DNA from: Verrucomicrobiota bacterium
GTDB lineage: Bacteria > Verrucomicrobiota > Verrucomicrobiia > Limisphaerales > J093
Direction of reading: 5' to 3'
DNA: 64,000 nucleotides
Assembly (NCBI GenBank): GCA_040766265.1
Contig: JAXGQW010000012.1
Coordinates: 7,901 to 71,900, forward strand
Shown here: positions 58,145 through 64,000 of the stretch, piece by piece
How the letters are laid out: the number at the start of each line of letters is the position of its first letter
Numbering within the stretch: position 1 is the first letter of the stretch
Notes under the pieces: model-generated
The model's input: the letters and a program-made list of their open reading frames with translations, nothing else
Database searches by the model: none
What the model was told of the DNA's origin: nothing
Made by a program: the position numbers and the translations under genes

Positions 58145-58903
58145 TTACACCGAGCGGCTCCAGTCCTCGATGGCCGCGCGCATCTGGTCGAAGGCCCGGA
58201 CGCGCGGCGTCACGAACCGCGGGGTGAACCAGGGAAATGTCCCGACCAGGTCATTGACGACCAGGATTTGGCCGTCGCAGTCGGGTCCGGATCCGATGCC
58301 GATGGTCGGGATGGCCACCGCGCGGGTGACTTCGAGGGCAACGGCTGGCCAGACCAGTTCGAGCACCACGGCAAAAGCCCCGGCCTCGGCCAGGAAGCGC
58401 GCGTCTTCGAGCAGGGCCTCGCGCTCGTGCTCGCGTTTGCCCTTGATGTGATAGCCGCCTTCTTCGAGGACATGCTGCGGCAGCATGCCGAGGTGGCCAA
58501 GGAACGGGATCCCTTCGGCCACAATCGCCCGCACCTGGTCCGCGATGGCCAGCCCTCCCTCGGCCTTGACGGCCTCGGCTCCCGCGGCCACGAGCCGGCG
58601 GGCGTTGGTCACCGATTCCGAGGGCGTGCGGTAGCTCCGGGAGGGCAGGTCGGCCGCGAGCAGGGCTTTGGGGCGGGCCCGCGCGGCGGCGCGGGTGTGA
58701 TGCTCCATTTCTTCCATGGTCACCACGGTGGTATCCGGGTAGCCCAGGACGACCATTCCGAGCGAATCCCCGACGAGGATGAGCGGGATGCCGGCTTCGT
58801 CCAGCAGACGGGTCGTCGGGTAATCGTATGCGGTCAGGGCCGGGATTCGTGCCCCGCCTTTGCGGGCCCGCAACTGATCGGGAGTGATCTTCGAGGTATC
58901 CAC
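58145..58903 (-). CDS. panB: 3-methyl-2-oxobutanoate hydroxymethyltransferase
   Basis: 'LTAYDYPTTRLLDEAGIPLILVGDSLGMVVLGY' and 'AVKAEGG'. GTG start. Confidence 0.92.
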   Translation of the reverse strand: MDTSKITPDQLRARKGGARIPALTAYDYPTTRLLDEAGIPLILVGDSLGMVVLGYPDTTVVTMEEMEHHTRAAARARPKALLAADLPSRSYRTPSESVTNARRLVAAGAEAVKAEGGLAIADQVRAIVAEGIPFLGHLGMLPQHVLEEGGYHIKGKREHEREALLEDARFLAEAGAFAVVLELVWPAVALEVTRAVAIPTIGIGSGPDCDGQILVVNDLVGTFPWFTPRFVTPRVRAFDQMRAAIEDWSRSV

Positions 58904-59005
58904 GGACCAAACATGCGTCCTTAGAAGGAGGGAACAAGCGGAAAATGAGATTGGCGATGCCAGGATTGCTTTGAAGTCTTGTCACCCTGCGATTACGCTT
59001 CGGCC

Positions 59006-60106
59006 ATGCATTTGGCCCACCTGCGTTTGCGCGATTTCCGCAACTACGCCCGGCTGGATGCCGATTTTCCGCCCGGTTTCCACCTGCTGCTGGGAAACAA
59101 CGCCCAGGGCAAAACCAACATTCTCGAGGCGATCTACCTGCTGGCCACCCTGCGCTCGTTCCGCGGTGTCGGGGGCGCGCAGATGGTGCGACACGGCCAG
59201 AAAGGGTACTTCGTTGGCGCTTCGGTCGTCGGCCAGGGCACGCGGGAGATCAAGCTGTACTGGTCGGCGTCCGAGCGGCGGATCAGCCTCAACGGACAGC
59301 CGATCCGCCGTTTGACCGATTACCTCGGCGCGGTGCGGGCGGTGGTGTTCTGCACCGAGGACCAGCAATTGGTGAAGGGGCCCGGAAGCCGGCGGCGGCG
59401 GTTTCTCGATCTTCTGCTGTCGCAGACAGCGCCGGCGTATCTGCCGCTGCTGCAGCGCTACCTCAAAGCCCTGCGCTCGCGCAACGCCCTCCTCAAACAG
59501 CGTGTGGCGGACGAAGCCGCCCTGGACAGCTTCACCCGTGAGGTCGTGGCGGCGGGCAACGAGATCATGCGATGGCGACGCGAACTCACGCCGCGCCTCT
59601 CTCCCCTGGTGCGGCTTGCGTATCGCAAGATCTCGAACGGCGCGGAGGATCTCAGGCTCGATTATCAGCCGAGCGCGAAAGCGGATTTCGCGGTCGAGCT
59701 GGCCCAGGCCCGCTCTCGGGAGCGCATCTTCCGGACCACTGTCTGCGGCCCGCACCGCGACGAACTGCGGCTGTTGCTCGACGAGAAGCCGGTGGCCCAA
59801 TTCGCCAGCGAGGGACAGAAACGCACCCTGGCCATCGCCCTCAAGATGGCCCAGGCCGAGTATGTGACGGGTCTGCACGGCGCCCCGCCCGTCCTGGTGA
59901 TCGACGACGTGATGGGCGAGCTGGACGCGAAGCGGCGCAGCGGCCTCTTGCCGTTGATCGAGCGGTCGCACCAGGCAAGCAGCCAGGTGTTCATGACGTG
60001 CACGGAGGAGAACTGGCCGCGCGAACTCGGCCGGCAGCTTCATCGCTGGGAGGTGCGCGCGGGCACGCTGATCCGGATCGAGGACTCGATCCGGGGTCCG
60101 ATGTGA
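59006..60106 (+). CDS. recF: DNA replication and repair protein RecF
   Basis: 'LRLRDFRNY', Walker A 'GNNAQGKTNILEAI', 'ASEGQKRTLAIALKMAQ' and 'VLVIDDVMGELD'. Start at ATG 59006. Confidence 0.92.
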   Translation: MHLAHLRLRDFRNYARLDADFPPGFHLLLGNNAQGKTNILEAIYLLATLRSFRGVGGAQMVRHGQKGYFVGASVVGQGTREIKLYWSASERRISLNGQPIRRLTDYLGAVRAVVFCTEDQQLVKGPGSRRRRFLDLLLSQTAPAYLPLLQRYLKALRSRNALLKQRVADEAALDSFTREVVAAGNEIMRWRRELTPRLSPLVRLAYRKISNGAEDLRLDYQPSAKADFAVELAQARSRERIFRTTVCGPHRDELRLLLDEKPVAQFASEGQKRTLAIALKMAQAEYVTGLHGAPPVLVIDDVMGELDAKRRSGLLPLIERSHQASSQVFMTCTEENWPRELGRQLHRWEVRAGTLIRIEDSIRGPM

Positions 60107-60141
60107 TCGGCCGTGTCGAAACGGTTGAATGCGCGCGGGGA

Positions 60142-60249
60142 CCATGAACCGAATTCTACCGCGCGTAATTGTAATCCGCTGTCGCCGATTGGGATTGAGA
60201 TTACGATTACGATTAGAACGATCAGGATTAGAACTCTTACGGTTCATGG
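60142..60249. repeat. 108-nt G-type element with CCATGAACCG/CGGTTCATGG arms
   Basis: 10-bp perfect inverted repeat. The interior contains GATTAC/GATTAG short tandem units. Confidence 0.8.
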
Positions 60250-60315
60250 AAAGAGAGACTTGCGGGGGCTCGCGTCGCCCTTGCCCAGGAAGGGGGCGGC
60301 GCGCATACTCCGCGG

Positions 60316-61632
60316 ATGCTCGATGTCAAACTGATTCGGGATCAGCGGGACCTGGTCCGGGAACGCCTGGCCAGCCGGGGCGGCGGTGACGAGGCCAAGG
60401 TGGACGAGGTGCTTGGGATCGATGCGCAACGGCGCCAGACTTTGGCGGAGGTCGAGGCTCTCAAGGCGCAGCGCAATCGTGTGTCGAAGGAAATCGGCGC
60501 TCTGATGGGGCAGCGCAAGCTCGCCGAGGCCGAGGCGCGCAAGGCCGAAACGCGCCAGATCGGCGACCGGATTGCCGATCTGGACGGGAAGGTCGCGGCG
60601 CTCGATGAGGCGCGGGATCAGATTCTTCTGCGGCTGCCGAACCTCCCGCACGCGAGCGTGCCGGCTGGCCGGGCCGCCGAGGACAATGTCGTCGTTCGGA
60701 TGTGGGGAGAGAAGCCGGTGTCGGTTTTTCCTCTGCTGCCGCATGTGGACCTCTGCAGTCGGCTGAAGCTGGTCGATTTCGGCCGCGGCGCGAAGCTGTC
60801 GGGGAGCGGCTTTTTGCTCTACACGGGCTGGGGCGCGCGACTCGAACGGGCGCTGACCTCGTTTCTTCTGGATCTGCATACCGGCCAGCACGGGTACACC
60901 GAGGTCTCGCCGCCGTACCTGATCGGGCGGGACTGCATGGTGGGAGTCGGGCAGTTCCCGAAATTCGAGGATCAGGCCTACGCGGTGCAGGAGGGGTTGG
61001 ACAGCTCGACCCTGGGCAAGCTCTACCTCCTGCCGACGGCCGAGGCGCCGGTTGCCAACATCCATCGGGACGAGATTCTCCTGGAGGCCCAGCTTCCGAT
61101 CCGTTACGTCGCCTACAGTCCGTGCTTCCGGGCGGAGGCGGGCGCGGCGGGCGTGGGGACGCGGGGGATGATCCGTGTGCACCAGTTCGACAAGGTCGAG
61201 CTGATCAAGATTGTGCGGCCGGAGGATGGTTACGCGGAGCACGAGAAGATGGTGGCCGATGCGGAGCGGGTTCTGCAACTGCTGGGGCTGCATTATCGGG
61301 TTGTGCTGTTGTGCACGGGGGACATGGGATTCGCCAGCGCCAAGACCTATGATCTCGAGGTCTGGGCTCCCGGGCAGGGCCAGTACCTCGAAGTGTCAAG
61401 CTGCTCGAACTGTGAGGACTTCCAGGCGCGCCGGATGAATTGCCGGTACAAGCTGGCCGACGGCGGCAATCGGTTCCCGCACATCCTCAACGGCAGCGGA
61501 ACAGCCCTGGCCCGCCTCTTTGTCGCGCTGATCGAGACGCACCAGCAGGCGGACGGTTCGGTTCTGATTCCCGAGCCGTTGCGCCCCTACCTGGGCGCGG
61601 ACCGTCTGCCCCTGCCGGCGTGCTCCCCATGA
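60316..61632 (+). CDS. serS: serine--tRNA ligase
   Basis: N-terminal coiled-coil arm and class II motifs 'YSPCFRAEAGAAG', 'RVHQFDKVE' and 'LNGSGTALARL'. Confidence 0.95.
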   Translation: MLDVKLIRDQRDLVRERLASRGGGDEAKVDEVLGIDAQRRQTLAEVEALKAQRNRVSKEIGALMGQRKLAEAEARKAETRQIGDRIADLDGKVAALDEARDQILLRLPNLPHASVPAGRAAEDNVVVRMWGEKPVSVFPLLPHVDLCSRLKLVDFGRGAKLSGSGFLLYTGWGARLERALTSFLLDLHTGQHGYTEVSPPYLIGRDCMVGVGQFPKFEDQAYAVQEGLDSSTLGKLYLLPTAEAPVANIHRDEILLEAQLPIRYVAYSPCFRAEAGAAGVGTRGMIRVHQFDKVELIKIVRPEDGYAEHEKMVADAERVLQLLGLHYRVVLLCTGDMGFASAKTYDLEVWAPGQGQYLEVSSCSNCEDFQARRMNCRYKLADGGNRFPHILNGSGTALARLFVALIETHQQADGSVLIPEPLRPYLGADRLPLPACSP

Positions 61633-63080
61633 GGATTCTACTGGCGAGCAGCGAGGTCTTCCCGTACTCGAAGAGCGGGGGCCTGGCGGACATGGTGGCG
61701 GCGCTGGCCAAGTCCCTGGCCGCGGCGGGACACCAGGTCGGGGTGGTCACGCCGCTCTACGTCGGCATTCGGGAACGTTTTCACGGATTGCGTCCGTTCG
61801 ACTGGCGGATGCAGTTGCCGCTGGGAGGCAACCTGCTGAGCGCGTCGGTCTGGGTGGCCGAGCCGGCGGCGAACCTCACCCTCTACTTCATCGATCAGCC
61901 CGGCTTTTTCCGGCGTCCCGGGCTCTATGGCACGCCGCGGGGGGAGTTTGCGGACAACCCGGATCGGTTTGTTTTTTTTGCGAAGTGCGTCGCGCACCTG
62001 GCTCGATATCTGCCCTGGCATCCGCAGGTCGTGCACGTGAACGACTGGCACACGGCGCTGACTCCGCTGCTGATCAGGCATCAGGCCTTGACCGATGGAT
62101 GGGCCGCGCCGCCGGCCACGTGCCTCACCATCCACAACCTGGCCTACCAGGGGGTCTACCCGGCCCAGACGTTCGCGCTGTCCAATCTCCCCTGGTCCCA
62201 TTTCACCGCGGACGGCGCCGAATTCCACGGACGCTTCAACTGCCTGAAGACCGGCCTGGTCTCGAGCGACGCGATCACGACCGTGAGCCCGAGCTACGCC
62301 GGGGAGATCCAAACCCCCGAGCACGGGTGCGGCCTCGATGGCGTTTTGCGCCTCCGAGCCGGCGCCCTGACCGGGATTCTCAACGGGGTCGATTACGACG
62401 AATGGCGGACCACGGGCAACAGGTTTCTGGCGGCGCCGTATGAGGTCGGCGATCTCTCAGGCAAGGACGCGAACAAGCTCGCCCTCCAGCGCGAGACGGG
62501 GCTTCCGCCGATGCCCGCCACGCCGTTGTTCGGGATGGTGACGCGGCTGGTGCATCAGAAGGGGATTGACCTCGCCCTGGGCGCGCTGGAAGAGATGCTG
62601 GCTGGCGATCTCCAGTTCGTCCTGCTGGGAAGCGGGTTGGTCGAGTTCCAGGAGGCGTTCCTCGAACTCGAAGAGCGCCATCCCCTCAAGGCGGCAATCC
62701 GGCTCGGTTACAATCACGCCCTCGCGCATCGCATCGAGGCCGGCTGCGACTTCTTCCTGATGCCTTCGCAATTCGAGCCAAGCGGCTTGAATCAGATGTA
62801 CAGCCTGCGCTACGGCACGGTCCCGGTGGTGCGCGCGACAGGCGGGCTGATCGATTCCGTCGTGGACATTCGCGAAAACCAGGAGCGCGCCAATGGCATC
62901 AAGTTCCGGGATTACGCGGCCGCGGCACTGGCCAAGGCGATGCGCAAGGCCCTGGCCCTGTACCGCGAGCCGGATCTCCTTCTCGATTATCGGCGCAACG
63001 GCATGCGGGCCGATTTCTCCTGGGACCGGAGCACCGCGCAATACGTCGAGGTCTATCGCCGCATCACACGCCGCGCTTGA
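61629..63080 (+). CDS. glgA: glycogen synthase (ADP-glucose type)
   Basis: 'MRILLASSEVFPYSKSGGLADMV'. Its ATG overlaps the serS stop (ATGA at 61629-61632). Confidence 0.92.
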   Translation: MRILLASSEVFPYSKSGGLADMVAALAKSLAAAGHQVGVVTPLYVGIRERFHGLRPFDWRMQLPLGGNLLSASVWVAEPAANLTLYFIDQPGFFRRPGLYGTPRGEFADNPDRFVFFAKCVAHLARYLPWHPQVVHVNDWHTALTPLLIRHQALTDGWAAPPATCLTIHNLAYQGVYPAQTFALSNLPWSHFTADGAEFHGRFNCLKTGLVSSDAITTVSPSYAGEIQTPEHGCGLDGVLRLRAGALTGILNGVDYDEWRTTGNRFLAAPYEVGDLSGKDANKLALQRETGLPPMPATPLFGMVTRLVHQKGIDLALGALEEMLAGDLQFVLLGSGLVEFQEAFLELEERHPLKAAIRLGYNHALAHRIEAGCDFFLMPSQFEPSGLNQMYSLRYGTVPVVRATGGLIDSVVDIRENQERANGIKFRDYAAAALAKAMRKALALYREPDLLLDYRRNGMRADFSWDRSTAQYVEVYRRITRRA

Positions 63081-63109
63081 TCTCCCGCTGATCCGGGGGG
63101 CGCGCGTGG

Positions 63110-63183
63110 CTAGCGCGCATGAGTGCACCTTTCGATGACATCGGCTCCCCGTTCTTCAGAAGTTGGTGAGAAATGCGCGCTAG
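63110..63183. repeat. 74-nt CTAG-element D2
   Basis: CTAGCGCGCAT...ATGCGCGCTAG, with the same interior class as 39363-39436. The right arm contains the TAG stop of the next gene. Confidence 0.9.
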
Positions 63184-64000
63184 CGGCCTGCAAGAGAGAT
63201 CCACTGGTTTTCTTTGGCCTGGCGTCCGGCGACCACGGCGCCCTCGGCGACGTGCTGTTTGTAATTCTCGCCGACGGTCAGCACTCTCGGTTTTTCGTAA
63301 CCCTCCTCGCCGAGGAGGCGTTCGAGTTCCGGGGCCAGGTGGCGGACGCGGCTGCCGCCGCCGGTGAGGATGATGTTCTGCATCAGTTCGCCCACGCTGT
63401 CGGTCGAGGCCTCGGCGATGATCGCCTTCACGCAGTCCAGGATCTTGAGCAGCAGTTGCTGGCAGGCATCGCCCATGATCTCTCCCAGTTCGAGTTTGCG
63501 CGGTTTGCCGCCGACCAGCACGCTTGCCGTGATCGGGCTGTCGATCTTGCCCACGTAGGAATGGGCTTCCTTGAGTTCGCGGATCTTGAAGAGGGAGAGT
63601 TGGACATCCGGATAGGCCTGGCCGATGGCCGCCTGGAGAAGGGCGTCGACCTTGTCGCCGGCAAACGGCACGCTGATCTGGTCGTCGGCGGTCGGGAAGT
63701 AGCCTTGCACCAGGCAGACATCGGTCGTTCCCGCGCCGATGTCCACAAAAACGGAATTGCGGACCGGGTCGAGATACGCGGGATCGCCGAGCTTTGAAGG
63801 ATCGCGAAACCCGAGCGCGGCCAGGAAAGGCTCCGGGACGAGCAACGCCTTGTGAAAGAAGCCGCCCAGGGCCTCGAGCAGATGCTCGCGGGCGGTCCGA
63901 TCCGCCGAGGCGGGCAACCCCGCCACCACGCGCAGTTCGACCCCCGCGGGCGCGTTGATCAACTGACGCAGATGGCGGATGAAATCGTGCGCGGCCGCCA
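63180..64000 (-). CDS. actin-like ATPase (MreB/ParM/EutJ-like), N-terminus outside window
   Basis: 'VFVDIGAGTTDVCLV' and 'NIILTGGGSRV'. The frame appears open upstream of the listed TTG start to the window edge. The printed last line has one extra base, so coordinates above 63960 are uncertain by 1. Confidence 0.7.
   Translation of the reverse strand, partial: AAAHDFIRHLRQLINAPAGVELRVVAGLPASADRTAREHLLEALGGFFHKALLVPEPFLAALGFRDPSKLGDPAYLDPVRNSVFVDIGAGTTDVCLVQGYFPTADDQISVPFAGDKVDALLQAAIGQAYPDVQLSLFKIRELKEAHSYVGKIDSPITASVLVGGKPRKLELGEIMGDACQQLLLKILDCVKAIIAEASTDSVGELMQNIILTGGGSRVRHLAPELERLLGEEGYEKPRVLTVGENYKQHVAEGAVVAGRQAKENQWISLAGR

Overview
This is a high-GC (roughly 65%) bacterial chromosomal segment with about 50 protein genes. 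Most are housekeeping genes: accD, aroB, corA, queE, rsmA, gyrB-gyrA, argF, rpmH-rnpA-yidD-yidC-jag, tlyA, nadK, panB, recF, serS-glgA and holA-xerC. It also carries a MacAB-like ABC efflux operon, a Na+/solute symporter with galM, one IS630-family insertion sequence, and a Fic gene in a lower-GC patch. I saw no rRNA, tRNA or CRISPR array, and I recognise no canonical defence or toxin-antitoxin island. DUF1573 and GxxExxY genes and heptamer microsatellites fit a PVC/Verrucomicrobia-like organism, but that is a weak inference. The main unexplained signal is non-coding. Most of the larger intergenic gaps are built from short elements with terminal inverted repeats and fixed lengths: 74 nt, 75 nt, about 81 nt, a 112-nt core, and 133 nt. 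Their arms change in a compensatory way between copies while their interiors are free to vary. They sit exactly on stop codons, stack head to tail, and recur three times as the same ~310-nt four-module composite. Secondary candidates are a membrane-anchored GrpE-like/HAD fusion operon with a DHS-like protein and an RfaE-like kinase, a GxxExxY gene cassette bounded by 47-nt direct repeats, and two unassignable proteins. All protein family calls rest on motif recognition by eye, with no database search.
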